A stretch of 64,000 bases of DNA, taken from assembly GCA_964291285.2 (NCBI GenBank), contig OZ219786.1:1248001-1312000 (forward strand). The letters are read 5' to 3'. This document shows, piece after piece, positions 42,365-54,425 of this stretch. The position numbers and the translations under genes were made by a program. The notes under the pieces were generated by a model. The model searched no databases, was not told the origin of the DNA, and was given only the letters and a program-made list of their open reading frames with translations. Within the stretch, counting starts at the first letter, position 1. Each line of letters opens with the position of its first letter. Origin of the DNA: Alphaproteobacteria bacterium (lineage in GTDB: Bacteria > Pseudomonadota > Alphaproteobacteria > Bin95).

Positions 42365-42810
42365 GCGATCCTGCCGGCGGCTCCGGACGCGGCGAGGACG
42401 AGCGGACCATGGAGGAGATCATGGCATCCATCGGCAAGGCCGTCTCCGACGAAACGCGAAATGCGGACCCCGCACAGCAGGACCCGGCCGACGACGACAT
42501 TCTCGAACTCACGGACGAAGTGCCGCCGGAAGGTGAAGCGGAGGCGGGCGCCGGAGGCGAGGAACTGGTTTCGACCTCTACCGCAGCCGCTTCGGCGGAG
42601 GCGTTTGCAGGTCTGGCGCAGGCGGTCGAAGAGGGCGAGACGGCGGCGAGGCGGCTGCCCGTCAGCGAAGGCGGCGAGACCATAGAGGACATGGTCCGCG
42701 CCATGCTGAAGCCGATGCTCAACGAGTGGCTGGACAAGCATTTGCCCGACATCGTGGAGCGTCTGGTCGAAGAGGAGATTCAACGCCTGTCGCGGTCCGG
42801 CAGGCGCTGA
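42361..42810 (+). CDS. popZ: Polar organizing protein (DUF2497)
   Basis: MEEIMASI..., DILELT, TIEDMVRAMLKPMLNEWLDKHLP.IVERLVEEEI; tolC-popZ-valS synteny. Confidence 0.92.
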   Translation: MSDPAGGSGRGEDERTMEEIMASIGKAVSDETRNADPAQQDPADDDILELTDEVPPEGEAEAGAGGEELVSTSTAAASAEAFAGLAQAVEEGETAARRLPVSEGGETIEDMVRAMLKPMLNEWLDKHLPDIVERLVEEEIQRLSRSGRR

Positions 42811-42845
42811 CGGGCCTTTCACTCATCCGATAGAACGGATTCCCC

Positions 42846-45467
42846 ATGCTGGAGAAGACCTACCGTTCCGGCGCGGTGGAAGCGCCGCGCTATGACGCCT
42901 GGGAGCGCGCCGGCGCCTTTGCCGCGGGCGTGAGGACGAGCGCCCGGCCCTACACGATCATGATGCCGCCGCCGAATGTCACCGGCAGCCTGCATATGGG
43001 CCACGGCCTGACCTTCACGCTGCAGGACATCCTGATCCGCTACCACCGCATGAGGGACAGGGACGCGCTCTGGCAGCCCGGCACCGACCATGCCGGAATC
43101 GCGACGCAGATGGTGGTGGAGCGCCAGCTTGACGAGGAAGGGCTCAAGCGGACTGATCTCGGACGCGAGAAGTTCGTGGACCGGGTCTGGGAGTGGAAGG
43201 CGGAGTCGGGCGGGCAGATCACCCGCCAGCTCCGTTCGCTCGGCGCATCGGCCGACTGGGCGCGCGAGCGTTTCACCATGGATGAGGGCTTGTCGAAGGC
43301 GGTCATCAGGGTCTTCGTGCAGCTTTACCGGGAGGGCCTGATCTACAAGGACCAGCGGCTGGTGAACTGGGACCCGGCGCTGGAGACCGCGATCTCGGAC
43401 CTCGAGGTGCAGCAGACCGAGACCGACGGCCATCTCTGGTATATCCGCTATCCCGTCGAAGGCGGGGACGGCGAGATCCTGACCGTCGCCACGACGCGGC
43501 CCGAGACGATGCTGGGCGATACGGGCGTGGCCGTTCATCCGGACGACCCGCGCTACAGGCATCTGGTCGGCCGCCATTGCATCCTGCCACTGGTGGGCCG
43601 GAGACTCCCCATCGTCGCCGATGCCCATGCCGACCCGGAACAGGGCTCCGGCGCGGTCAAGATCACTCCGGCGCACGACTTCAACGATTTCGAGGTCGGG
43701 CGGCGCCACGGGCTGGATGTCGTAAACATCTTCGACCGGACCGCGCACCTGAACGACGCCGTGCCGGAGGCCTATCGCGGCCTGGAGCGCTTCGCCGCAC
43801 GAGAGCGCGTGGTCGCCGACCTGGAGACGGCGGGAGTGCTGGAGCGTGTCGAGCGCCACCGCCACACGGTCCCCTACGGCGACCGGGGCGGCGTGCCGAT
43901 CGAGCCCTACCTCACCGAGCAGTGGTATGCCGACGCCGCGACGCTCGCGAAGCCGGCCATCGAGGCGGTCGAGACCGGGCGCACGCGCTTCGTGCCGGAG
44001 ACCTGGGCGAAGACCTATTTCGAGTGGATGCGCAACATCCAGCCCTGGTGCATCTCGCGGCAGCTCTGGTGGGGGCACCGGATTCCGGCCTGGTACGGCC
44101 CGGAAGGCTCGGTGTTCGTGGCCGAGACCGAAGCGGAGGCGCGCGCGGAGGCCGAGGTGCGGTTCGGGCCGGGCGTGGAACTGCTGCAGGACCCGGACGT
44201 GCTCGACACCTGGTTCTCGTCCGCGCTCTGGCCCTTCTCGACCCTGGGCTGGCCGGAGCCTGCGCCGGAACTCAAGCGTTACTATCCCGGCGACGTGCTG
44301 GTGACGGGCTTCGACATCATCTTCTTCTGGGTCGCCCGGATGATGATGATGGGCCTGCACTTCATGGGCGAGGTGCCCTTCCGCACCGTTTATATCCATG
44401 CGCTTGTGCGCGACCAGCAGGGCGCCAAGATGTCCAAGTCCAAGGGCAACATCATCGACCCGCTGGACATGTGCGCAAGCTACGGGGCCGATGCGCTGCG
44501 GTTCACGCTGGCCGCGCTCGCCGCGCCGGGCCGCGACATCAAGCTCTCCGAAAGCCGGGTGGCGGGCTACCGCAATTTCACCACCAAGCTCTGGAACGCC
44601 GCGCGCTTCTGCGAGATGAACGGCTGTGCGCCCCGGCCCGGCTTCGATCCCGCCGGCGTCGAGCAAACGCTGAACCGCTGGATCGTCGCCCGGACCGTCG
44701 AGACGCGCCGGCAGGTGGAGGCGGCGATGGACGCCTACCGTTTCAACGAGGTGGCGGACGTGCTTTACCGTTTCGTCTGGGGCGAGTTCTGCGACTGGTT
44801 CATCGAGTTCGCCAAGCCGGTGTTCGCGGAGGGCGGCGAGGCTGCGGAAGAGACCCGCGCGGCCGCTGCCTGGGCGCTGGACCGCATATTGCGGATGCTG
44901 CACCCGCTGACGCCGTTCGTCACCGAGGAGTTGAACGAGGCGCTCGGATTGGTCGGGGGCGGCCTGATCGGCGCGGCCTGGCCCGGTGACGAGGCCGGGG
45001 AGGCGCCGGCCGAGATCGGCTGGACCATCCGGCTGATCTCCGAGGTCCGCCGGGTGCGGTCCGAACTCAACGTCCCGGCCGGCGCGAAGATCGACGCCGC
45101 GCTCGTCGGCGCCGACGGGGAGGCCGCCGCCCGCGCCGCCCGCAACGCGCCGCAGATACTCAGGCTGGCGCGGCTCGAATGCCTCGCCGAAGGCCCGGCG
45201 CCGGAAGGCTCGGTCGAGGTGGCGCTCCCCGGCGCAACGGTGGCGCTGAAGATCGCCGGGGTGATCGATTTCGGCAAGGAGCGCGAGCGCCTGGACCGCG
45301 AAATAGCGCAGATCGACGCTCGGATTTCGGGCCTCGACAGGAAGCTCGCCAACGAGCAGTTCCTCTCCCGCGCACCGGCGGAAGTAGTGGAAGACCAGCG
45401 CGAGCAGCGCGAAGAACTGGCCGGCCGCCGCGCGGCGCTGGAAGGCGCGCGCGCCCGGCTCGGTTGA
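42846..45467 (+). CDS. valS: Valine--tRNA ligase
   Basis: [30 protein letters not shown]-terminal coiled coil. Confidence 0.98.
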   Translation: MLEKTYRSGAVEAPRYDAWERAGAFAAGVRTSARPYTIMMPPPNVTGSLHMGHGLTFTLQDILIRYHRMRDRDALWQPGTDHAGIATQMVVERQLDEEGLKRTDLGREKFVDRVWEWKAESGGQITRQLRSLGASADWARERFTMDEGLSKAVIRVFVQLYREGLIYKDQRLVNWDPALETAISDLEVQQTETDGHLWYIRYPVEGGDGEILTVATTRPETMLGDTGVAVHPDDPRYRHLVGRHCILPLVGRRLPIVADAHADPEQGSGAVKITPAHDFNDFEVGRRHGLDVVNIFDRTAHLNDAVPEAYRGLERFAARERVVADLETAGVLERVERHRHTVPYGDRGGVPIEPYLTEQWYADAATLAKPAIEAVETGRTRFVPETWAKTYFEWMRNIQPWCISRQLWWGHRIPAWYGPEGSVFVAETEAEARAEAEVRFGPGVELLQDPDVLDTWFSSALWPFSTLGWPEPAPELKRYYPGDVLVTGFDIIFFWVARMMMMGLHFMGEVPFRTVYIHALVRDQQGAKMSKSKGNIIDPLDMCASYGADALRFTLAALAAPGRDIKLSESRVAGYRNFTTKLWNAARFCEMNGCAPRPGFDPAGVEQTLNRWIVARTVETRRQVEAAMDAYRFNEVADVLYRFVWGEFCDWFIEFAKPVFAEGGEAAEETRAAAAWALDRILRMLHPLTPFVTEELNEALGLVGGGLIGAAWPGDEAGEAPAEIGWTIRLISEVRRVRSELNVPAGAKIDAALVGADGEAAARAARNAPQILRLARLECLAEGPAPEGSVEVALPGATVALKIAGVIDFGKERERLDREIAQIDARISGLDRKLANEQFLSRAPAEVVEDQREQREELAGRRAALEGARARLG

Positions 45468-45473
45468 AGGCGT

Positions 45474-46283
45474 ATGGCGATTCGTCTCACCGACATTTGG
45501 CCGATACGGGAGCCGGCCCTCTACAAGCTGCACTTCGCCCGCTACAACCAGTCCGAACAACCGCTCGACGTTTTCGTTCGCAGCCGGGAAGAATGGCAAG
45601 GCTGGCAGGAGTTTCGACCCAAAAACAACCAGTTCAACCGCCGGTATATCTTCTCGGTGATCGATTTCTATCGGGAGCCTGAAATCTGGTTGTTCGGCGG
45701 TGTGTGGGAAGTCATGGAGCGGCTACCAGACAGATACGTCGTATCCCTGACCGAACAGGGCCGCGACTTCATCGGACGCCTCAATCTGCATTCTCCCTAC
45801 CGTCAACGGGCAACCCGCGTGGATTTCGAGAAACGCCTGGACGAATTCACGGTAAACGAAATTCTCAGAGAGGAGTATTCCGGGATCGATTTTCCGGGCC
45901 ATGACCGGATCGACATCGGTTTCGGCGAGCTGGAATCGCTCATCCGCAACGACCGGCCTGATTGGCGCGGCGCTTTGGAGAACGCAAAGGGCGTTTATCT
46001 GATCACCGACGCGGGAACGGGGCGGCTGTATGTTGGGGCTGCCTACGGCGATGGCGGCGTCTGGTCTCGTTGGCGCGAATACAGCGCGACCGGACATGGC
46101 AACAATGCCGACCTGAAGGAATTGCTCAAGAATCGCGGTCTGGACTATTGCCGGAAGCATTTCCGGTTTTCGCTTCTGGAAAGCCATACCGCCCGTATTG
46201 CCGACGCCATGATTGTCGAACGCGAAACGCACTGGAAGCGGGTTCTGCAATCGCGTGGGGAATTCGGCTTCAACAGGAATTGA
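45474..46283 (+). CDS. GIY-YIG nuclease family protein
   Basis: GVYLITD...LYVGAAYG..G...RW..Y, GHGNN..L, RE.HWK..L, NRN; lower GC than flanking genes. Confidence 0.85.
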   Translation: MAIRLTDIWPIREPALYKLHFARYNQSEQPLDVFVRSREEWQGWQEFRPKNNQFNRRYIFSVIDFYREPEIWLFGGVWEVMERLPDRYVVSLTEQGRDFIGRLNLHSPYRQRATRVDFEKRLDEFTVNEILREEYSGIDFPGHDRIDIGFGELESLIRNDRPDWRGALENAKGVYLITDAGTGRLYVGAAYGDGGVWSRWREYSATGHGNNADLKELLKNRGLDYCRKHFRFSLLESHTARIADAMIVERETHWKRVLQSRGEFGFNRN

Positions 46284-46526
46284 GTCTGCCGGATCCCGGG
46301 TTGTGCCGGGGCGCTCGATGCAGGGTTCAGGCTAGGCGGCGTTCCGATGCGTTTCCCTTCCGTCCGGCGGGCGGGGTCGGGACACGGCTCCGGTCTTGAG
46401 CCCTGCCCCAACCGCCTACGCGGGGGCAGGCAAGTCCGGGACGATAAGGGCAGGCCGCGCTCAGTATTTTTTCCCATTTATTTCAAGACGTTGGCACGAA
46501 AAGAGAAAAAGCTTTCCCGTAGGGGC

Positions 46527-46566
46527 TTGCAATCCGGGAAAAGCATTACCAGAATAAAAAGCGAAC
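46527..46566 (+). promoter_or_regulatory. Sigma70 promoter overlapped by LexA box
   Basis: TTGCAA-N17-CAGAAT with GAAT-N7-GAAC (46552-46566); AT-rich upstream tract. Confidence 0.6.
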
Positions 46567-46675
46567 ACAAAACCGGAGGCGGTCAACCGGGGCCGCATTT
46601 GCGGGGCGTTCTTCTGCAGGGGGGCGTCCCGCCTCCCCCGAACCCGGCCGGCGGGGCGCGTTCCGTCCCGGCGGG

Positions 46676-47762
<1,087 letters not shown>

Positions 47763-47884
47763 TCATGAGGATGCTAATACCACCGGCCACAGATAAGAAC
47801 CGATTAGCCTCTCTCGGCGGAGATTACCTCTTGCAGTAGGAGGCCTCGGCTCAGGGGGCGAGCTGCGGAGGGAGGCTCTGCTAT

Positions 47885-49823
47885 GAGGCGTGTGCGCTGT
47901 TTGGAAGTGCTTTCTGAGCAAGGCATTGCGGAGGGTCTGGATTTTTCTTACCCCGTCAGGATGGCTGATTTCCGGGGTTTTTGCGGTTTGGAGGGAAAGG
48001 TTTTGTGGATTTCCACCCCATGGCCGTGCGCGGGCTGGTTTTCGGGCGCGTCGCGTTGAGGCGCGGGACTGAGTAGAAGGTGTCGCCATCGGGCCTGCGG
48101 CCCTTGTTCCATCCACCGGCGCTGGTTGGGAGAACGTGATGGCGACAGCGGAGAAGTTAGCCTTTTCGTGGTGGTCTGTGGAGGGCCTTGCGGACCTTGA
48201 GCGTCTGCGTGTGGTGCTCGACACGCTTCCCGACGAGAAGGTTGTGGCGGCGCTTGAGGCGGGTCGAGGCCGGGGTCGCAACGACTACCCGGTGCGGGCG
48301 ATGTGGCGGGCTCTGATCGCGGGGATCGTGTTCCAGCATGCCTCGATGCAGTCGCTGCTGCGTGAGCTGGGCCGCAACCCGGCATTGCTTGAGATTTGCG
48401 GGTTCGAGGCGCTGCCCTTGCAGGGTGCGCCGGTGGTGGCGCTTTGCGCAGGGCGCGCGGTGAGGCGTCCGGCGCCGTTGCGCTCGACGGTGCCGGGCGC
48501 CTGGAACTTCTCGCGGTTCCTGGGGCGCGTGGTGCGCCTTGAGGACGAGCGCGGCCTTGTGTCGGGGATGATCGGGCGTCTGCGCGCCTCGCTGTTCGAG
48601 GAGTTGCCGGACTTCGGTCGCCATCTCGGCTACGACGGCAAGGCGGTGGCGAGCCACTCGACGGGCCGGGTTGCCGGGGCCAGGGGGCAGACCTCGGACC
48701 CCGATGCGGACTGGGGCAGGCACGAGACGGGCGGGGTGAACGCGAAGACCGGCGCGGTGTGGAAGAAGGTGAAGTCGTGGTTCGGCTACGGGCTGCACCT
48801 GATCGCCGACACGGACCAGGAGGTTCCTGTGGCCTTCGAGGTGACGCGGGCGTCGGCATCGGAACCCGGGGTGCTGTCCGGGATGCTGGAGGAGTTGTTC
48901 GCCGAGGCGCCGGAGATGGCCGGGCGCTGCGCCGATTTCAGCGCCGACCGCGGTCTCGACAACGCCCGCCTGAAGGCGCGGCTGTGGGACAGGTGGCATA
49001 TCCGCCCGCTGATCGACACGCGCCTGATGTGGCGGGTCGAGAAGAAGGAGCCGGGCCATGACCCGGCCCGGCCGATCACGCGACCGCTGTTCCCCGGGCG
49101 CGCCGACGTCATCGTTCATGACGAACGCGGCCGGGTGTCCTGCGTGTGCCCGCAGACCGGCGAGGTCCGCGCCATGGCCTTCCAGGGGTTCGAGGTCGGG
49201 CGCGGCGTCTGCGGCACGCTCAAATACCGCTGCCCCGCAGCCGCCTTCGGCTTCGAGTGCAAGGGACGCCGGGCCTGCCATCGGGCGGGTGGGGTGAAGT
49301 CCGGCGAATACGGCCGCATCCTGCGCGTCGACCTCGACAGCCATGACCGGCGTATCTTCACGCCCACGCCCTGGGGCAGCCCGTCATGGCGGCGCGGATA
49401 CAACCGGCGCACCGCCATGGAGCGGATCAACGCCCGCCTCGACCGCAGCTTCAACTTCGAGACCCATTACATCCGCGGACGCGCGAAGATGAAGACCCGC
49501 ATCGGGCTGGCCCTGGCGGTCATGATGGCCATGGCGCTTGCACAGGCCCGCGCCGGACGCGTCGCACGCATGCGCTCCCTGGTCGGCCCGGCGCCATACC
49601 TCGATACCGGCTGACCCCTCAGCCGACTGCCGACAACGCTGACCCAACCCGCCGGACCCCGGCATACGGACACCCGCGACCGAAGGCCGGCGATGCTGCC
49701 GGGCTGGGCCGCTCAAGTTCGAAAAGCAACCGCGGCGACCGCCTCGAACGCCGGAACAAACAACATCAACACCCGGACCCAACGTCCCATCCGACCGGAA
49801 AAACCCCACAGCGCAAATTTCTC
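47885..49823 (+). mobile_element. IS1182/IS5-like DDE insertion sequence nested in the IS1634
   Basis: GAG...CTC ends sharing TGCGCTGT core; TGCTAT duplicated at 47879-47884 and 49824-49829. Confidence 0.8.
48136..49614 (+). CDS. DDE transposase (IS1182/IS5-like)
   Basis: GRGRNDYPVRAMWRAL, YDGK, WFGYGLHLI.D, ADRGLD, Cys-rich KYRCP, Y.RRTAMERIN. Confidence 0.85.
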   Translation: MMATAEKLAFSWWSVEGLADLERLRVVLDTLPDEKVVAALEAGRGRGRNDYPVRAMWRALIAGIVFQHASMQSLLRELGRNPALLEICGFEALPLQGAPVVALCAGRAVRRPAPLRSTVPGAWNFSRFLGRVVRLEDERGLVSGMIGRLRASLFEELPDFGRHLGYDGKAVASHSTGRVAGARGQTSDPDADWGRHETGGVNAKTGAVWKKVKSWFGYGLHLIADTDQEVPVAFEVTRASASEPGVLSGMLEELFAEAPEMAGRCADFSADRGLDNARLKARLWDRWHIRPLIDTRLMWRVEKKEPGHDPARPITRPLFPGRADVIVHDERGRVSCVCPQTGEVRAMAFQGFEVGRGVCGTLKYRCPAAAFGFECKGRRACHRAGGVKSGEYGRILRVDLDSHDRRIFTPTPWGSPSWRRGYNRRTAMERINARLDRSFNFETHYIRGRAKMKTRIGLALAVMMAMALAQARAGRVARMRSLVGPAPYLDTG

Positions 49824-49934
49824 TGCTATAGGTTCCAATCAACGACCGTTGGTATAACTCATTGAATAGCCTTGATCGTCTCCCCGAGGGTCGGCACTAC
49901 AAGGCGGCGAACGGAGAGGCGGCGCCGTGTGCCG

Positions 49935-51683
49935 TCAGGCGGAGATCCGGGGTGCGGGTTGCTGCGGCCAGGTCATGCCGAGCTGTTGCAGCAGTAGCTC
50001 GTGCTCCTTGTTCGGCCGGGTGTGGCGCGGCAGGACGAGGTGCCGGCCGTCGGTGGTTGGCAGATGGACGTCCACCATCTGGATGGTGGCGAAGGCCTCA
50101 AGGATGGCGCGTGGGGTGAGGCCCGGGGCGCGCGGCCGGGCGAGGTTCTTCAGGGTCACCAGCAGGCAGTAGGCGATGAACGAGACGAAGATATGCGCCT
50201 CGATGCGCTCTTGGCGCTGATGGAAGATGGGGCGGATCGCGAGGTCGTGCTTGAGTTCCTTGAACGCCTGCTCGATCTCGACGAGCTGCATGTACAGATG
50301 CCACAGCGTGGCGGGGTCTTCGGCGACCATGTTGGATCGCAGCAGGTAACGGCCCTCGCGGCGGCGGACCTGGCGCAGCCGGTCGCGCTGCAGGCGGAAT
50401 GAGAAGCCGTTGGCGGCGAGTTCGCTGTCGGTCCCGGGCACGGTGATGTCGACCAGGCTCCAGGCCCGGCCGGCCTCCTTCCTGGCGGCGCCGAGCTTGA
50501 GCAACAACTGATCCCGGCTGTTCGACTGCCCTTGCAACTCGGCCAATCGACGCCACAGCCTCTTCAGCCGGCGCCGGCGCATGCCGCGTTCCTTCACCTG
50601 CCGCCCCTCGCTGCGCACCAGGACGTAGAGCTCGCCATCCTCGACCAGAAGCTTGACAGTCACGGACTGGCGCACCTCCTGCCAGGGCAGGCCCAGGAAC
50701 ACCTTCTCGAGCCGCGTCAGCCGGCCCTTGGGCGTGCCCACCAGGTAGCGCACCGGCGCCTCGCCCTCGCGCATCGCGGCCAGCGTCTCCTCGGTGGGGA
50801 TGCCGCGGTCCATGATCCACACCCGCTCGGAGCGGCCATACTGATCCTCGATCTTCTTGAGGAACGCCGCCAGCGTGGTGTCGTCGGAGGTGTTGCCCGG
50901 CATCACCTCATAGGCCAGCGGAAAGCCCTGCGGCGTAACGATCAGGGCGATCACCACCTGCACGCAGTCGGGCCGCTTGTCCCGGCTGTAGCCGAAGCGG
51001 CGCTTGTCATCGAACGGCGGATCGCTCTCGAAGTAGGTCGAGGTCAGGTCGTAGAGCAGCACGTCGAAGCGCGCCTCGAACAGCGTCGCCCAGCGGTCGC
51101 GCAGAAACGAGAAGAAGCCCTGCTTGTGCGCCAGCAGCTTGTCGAGACAGCGATAGAGTGTGTCGTCGGCGATCGCCCGCTCGCCACCCAGAAGATCGCG
51201 AAGCGCGCTGTGCTCATACCAGTGACGGTGAAGGCGCCACTCGCTGCCCGGGTCGATCAGCCGGTAGCAGACCTGGATCTTCAGGATGTCCAGCCACCGC
51301 GTGCCTTGCCGGCTCGCCGGCAGCCGCTCTTCCCAGAAGCGGTCCAGGTCCAGGCGGTCCCACAAGGACAGCGCCAGCCAGCACGCCCCCCACTGGCGCG
51401 GGTCGTGAAGCGCCACCTGCGAGAGGTCGATCTTCACCACTTCGCAAGTCAGCGCCGGCGCCTCCCGGTCCTCGGGAAACAGCGCCATCTGCCGTGATCG
51501 CGACTTGCCCTCCACCACCTCGATCGAGCGGCACCACGCCGCTCGCTGGCTGTCGTTGATCTCCCCGAGATAGAGCACCTGACGCTGAACAACCCGACCG
51601 CCGTGGACCCGGACGTTCTCCACAACGCTCCAGTAGCGGTGCTCCTTGCCGTCCTTGAAGCGTCTCTTGCAGCGCACGAACAT
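49935..51683 (-). CDS. IS1634-family transposase
   Basis: KDGKEHRYWSVVE, LYDLTSTYFE, FGYSRDKRPDC.Q, MDRGI, Y.QL..IEQAFK.LK..L.IRPI.H, RIEAHIF. Confidence 0.93.
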   Translation of the reverse strand: MFVRCKRRFKDGKEHRYWSVVENVRVHGGRVVQRQVLYLGEINDSQRAAWCRSIEVVEGKSRSRQMALFPEDREAPALTCEVVKIDLSQVALHDPRQWGACWLALSLWDRLDLDRFWEERLPASRQGTRWLDILKIQVCYRLIDPGSEWRLHRHWYEHSALRDLLGGERAIADDTLYRCLDKLLAHKQGFFSFLRDRWATLFEARFDVLLYDLTSTYFESDPPFDDKRRFGYSRDKRPDCVQVVIALIVTPQGFPLAYEVMPGNTSDDTTLAAFLKKIEDQYGRSERVWIMDRGIPTEETLAAMREGEAPVRYLVGTPKGRLTRLEKVFLGLPWQEVRQSVTVKLLVEDGELYVLVRSEGRQVKERGMRRRRLKRLWRRLAELQGQSNSRDQLLLKLGAARKEAGRAWSLVDITVPGTDSELAANGFSFRLQRDRLRQVRRREGRYLLRSNMVAEDPATLWHLYMQLVEIEQAFKELKHDLAIRPIFHQRQERIEAHIFVSFIAYCLLVTLKNLARPRAPGLTPRAILEAFATIQMVDVHLPTTDGRHLVLPRHTRPNKEHELLLQQLGMTWPQQPAPRISA

Positions 51684-51996
51684 CAGCGCAGCGTCCGGAT
51701 CTTCGCCAGCCCGATCAAGGGGGTAGGTCGGCACTACAAGCCGGTCCCGAGAGGTACTGCACCGAAATCCGACACTTCTCGCGCCGGAAAACCGTCAAAT
51801 CAGTCGATTCTCAAGCCGAGTTGCGGAAGTCGGGTTAGGGTCCCGCCGGTCGGGCAAGCCGGCGGCGGGAAGATCAGAATGAAGACCGATCGGGAGGACA
51901 GGCCCATGCCGAAGACACGAAGCCGGAGAGCCCGGATGCAGTACCCGGAGCCCATACCCGAACAGGATACAGGATATGAACATTGCGCATGCGGAT

Positions 51997-52065
51997 CATG
52001 ACATTTCATGACGCATACCGCTGGGTCCTGCCGGCGCGCATGACAAAACATGACATCCCATGACA
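51997..52065. repeat. CATGACA repeats, 10-bp period (2 + 3 copies)
   Basis: CATGAC(A/G) at 51997, 52007, 52039, 52049 and 52059; CATGACAAAACATGACA is identical to 8575-8591. Confidence 0.9.
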
Positions 52066-52164
52066 CCCCCGGCGGATCGTTTCGCCTTCTCGGGCCCTTG
52101 CCCGGCAGGTCCGGGAGGGAGAGCGCCGGCTCGCCTTGACAAGAGGGGAAGCGCCCGGCTAACC

Positions 52165-52182
52165 GGGTCACAAAAGCGTCAC
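52165..52182 (+). promoter_or_regulatory. Pho-box-like site upstream of phnG
   Basis: GGGTCAC-AAAA-GCGTCAC, 11-bp period. Confidence 0.55.
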
Positions 52183-52229
52183 CGGGCTTTGCTCTTATGA
52201 GCGCCGGGCAAGCTGGAGCGGCAGGAACC

Positions 52230-52697
52230 ATGCCGACCTCGACGGGTTCGGACCCGCAGATTGCGGCGCGGCAGCGATGGATGGGCGTTCTCGCCAGGGC
52301 GGAAGACGGCGCGCTTGAAGCCGCCTGGACCGGTCTGGCCGAACGGCCCGAATACCGGGTCCTGCGACCGCCGGAGACCGGACTCGTCATGGTGCGCGGG
52401 CGCATGGGCGGCACGGGAAGCGCCTTCAACATGGGCGAGATGAGCGCCACGCGCTGCGCCGTGCAGCTGGAGGGCGGCACGGTCGGCATCGCCTGGGTCG
52501 CGGGTCGCAGCGCCCGCCATGCCGAACTCGCGGCGGCCTTCGACGCCCTGCTCCAGCAGCCGGAGCGCCGCGACGGGCTGGAGGAAACCGTCATTGCCCC
52601 GCTGGAATCGGCAGAGCGCGCCCGGCGGGAGGAGGACCGCGTGAACGCCGCCAGTTCGCGGGTCGAGTTCTTCACCATGGCCCGCGAGCGGGAGTGA
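52230..52697 (+). CDS. phnG: C-P lyase subunit PhnG
   Basis: RQRWMGVLA, RPPETGLVMVRGRMGGTG..FNMGE, VEFFTMAR. Confidence 0.95.
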   Translation: MPTSTGSDPQIAARQRWMGVLARAEDGALEAAWTGLAERPEYRVLRPPETGLVMVRGRMGGTGSAFNMGEMSATRCAVQLEGGTVGIAWVAGRSARHAELAAAFDALLQQPERRDGLEETVIAPLESAERARREEDRVNAASSRVEFFTMARERE

Positions 52698-53308
52698 GGC
52701 CCGTGGCGGCAACGGGCAACGGATCGGCGCTCCGGCCCGGCTTCGGCGCCCCGGTGCCGGACAGCCAGCAGGTGTTCCGCTGCGTGCTCCGGGCGATGTC
52801 CGAGCCCGGCTCACAGCAGGATATCGCAGTCGATCTGGCCCCGCCCGCGCCGCTGGATCGCGCGACCGCCGCTCTCTGCCTGACCCTGCTGGATTTCGAG
52901 ACGCCGGTCTGGCTGGACGCGGCGGCGGATTGCGAGGACGTGCGGGCCTGGCTCCGCTTCCATTGCGGCTGTCCGCTTGTGGAGGAGACGGACGCCGCGC
53001 GCTTCGCCGTCATGGCCGCCCCGGCGCAGATGCCGGCCCTCGACGCCTTCCCGCTCGGTTCGGAGGCCTATCCGGACGAGAGCGCGACCGTCATCCTCCA
53101 GGTCCCATCCCTGGAAGTAGGCGAGGCGGTCTCGCTCCGCGGCCCGGGAATCGAGGACTGCCGGGAGTTTCGCGCGGCCGGCATTGCCGGGGATTTCTGG
53201 ACGCAGCGCCGGGAGATGGAGGCGCTGTTTCCGCAGGGCGTGGACCTTGTGTTCGCATCGGGCGCAAGCCTCGCAGCCGTGCCGCGCTCCACTGAGGTGA
53301 GGTTCTGA
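52694..53308 (+). CDS. phnH: C-P lyase subunit PhnH
   Basis: PGF..PV.DSQQVFR..L.AMS.PG, LTLLDFETPVWL, WLRFHCG, YPDESAT, FPQGVD. Confidence 0.95.
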   Translation: MRPVAATGNGSALRPGFGAPVPDSQQVFRCVLRAMSEPGSQQDIAVDLAPPAPLDRATAALCLTLLDFETPVWLDAAADCEDVRAWLRFHCGCPLVEETDAARFAVMAAPAQMPALDAFPLGSEAYPDESATVILQVPSLEVGEAVSLRGPGIEDCREFRAAGIAGDFWTQRREMEALFPQGVDLVFASGASLAAVPRSTEVRF

Positions 53309-53309
53309 G

Positions 53310-54419
53310 ATGTATGTCGCGGTCAAGGGCGGCGAGAAGGCCATAGAGGCGTCCCACCGACTGCTGGACGAGGCCCGGCGCGGCGACCCGTCCGTGCCGG
53401 AGGTCTCCACCCGGCAGATAGCGGAGCAGCTCGGGCTCGCTGTGGACCGTGTAATGGCCGAGGGCTCGCTTTACGACCGGGAGCTTGCGGCGCTTGCGAT
53501 CAAGCAGGCGCAGGGAGACCTGATCGAAGCCGTCTTCCTGCTGCGCGCCTACCGCACGACCCTGCCGCGCCTCGCCAACAGCGAGCCCGTCGATACCGCC
53601 CGCATGGCGATCCGCCGGCGGATTTCCGCGACCTTCAAGGACATTCCGGGCGGCCAGATCCTCGGCCCGACCTACGACTACACCCACCGCCTGCTGGATT
53701 TCCGGCTCGCCGGCGAAGGCGGCTCCGGCGGCAGGGCCGCGGCCCCGGTAGAACGGGCGGATGTGCCGGACGGGGAGCCGATGCCCCGCGTTGCGGACCT
53801 GCTGGGCCATGAAGGCCTGATCGAGGAGGAAGCCGCCCCGGACGCCGCCGGGGCGCCGCCGACGGACATCACCAGGGAGCCGCTCAGGTTCCCCGCCGGG
53901 CGCGACGCGCGGCTCCAGACGCTGGCGCGCGGCGACGAGGGCTTCCTGCTGGCGCTCGGTTATTCGAGCCAGCGCGGCTTCTCGAACAACCATCCCTTCG
54001 CCGGAGAAATCCGCTACGGGACGGTCGCAGTGGAGGTCGTGCCGGAGGAGCTCGGCTTCGCCGTCGAGATCGGCGAAATCGAGGTGACCGAAGTGCAGAT
54101 GGTCAACCAGTTCAAGGGCAGCGCCGGGGCGCCGCCGCAATTCACGCGGGGATACGGGCTCGTCTTCGGCCACCAGGAGCGCAAGGCCATGTCGATGGCG
54201 CTGGTGGACCGCGCCCTGCGCGCGGCCGAGCTTGACGAAGCGGCGGTCTCCCCGGCGCAGGACGAGGAGTTCGTGCTCTATCACAGCGACAATGTCGAGG
54301 CGTCGGGTTTCGTGCAGCACCTGAAGCTGCCGCACTATGTCGATTTCCAGTCGGAGCTCGAATTGCTGCGGAAACTCAGGACCGAGTTCGAAGCCCGGCC
54401 CGCCGAGGCGGCGGAGTAG
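53310..54419 (+). CDS. phnI: C-P lyase subunit PhnI
   Basis: MYVAVKGGEKAI, RRISATFKDIPGGQ, HLKLPHYVDFQSEL. Confidence 0.98.
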   Translation: MYVAVKGGEKAIEASHRLLDEARRGDPSVPEVSTRQIAEQLGLAVDRVMAEGSLYDRELAALAIKQAQGDLIEAVFLLRAYRTTLPRLANSEPVDTARMAIRRRISATFKDIPGGQILGPTYDYTHRLLDFRLAGEGGSGGRAAAPVERADVPDGEPMPRVADLLGHEGLIEEEAAPDAAGAPPTDITREPLRFPAGRDARLQTLARGDEGFLLALGYSSQRGFSNNHPFAGEIRYGTVAVEVVPEELGFAVEIGEIEVTEVQMVNQFKGSAGAPPQFTRGYGLVFGHQERKAMSMALVDRALRAAELDEAAVSPAQDEEFVLYHSDNVEASGFVQHLKLPHYVDFQSELELLRKLRTEFEARPAEAAE

Positions 54420-54425
54420 GCGCCG

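Noticed and set aside
51997-52065. CATGACA repeats as Pho boxes for phnG (TGTCAT on the minus strand)
   Set aside because: Period is 10 bp rather than 11, orientation is opposite to phnG, and the same array occurs at 8575 with no phosphate gene; a better Pho box lies at 52165-52182
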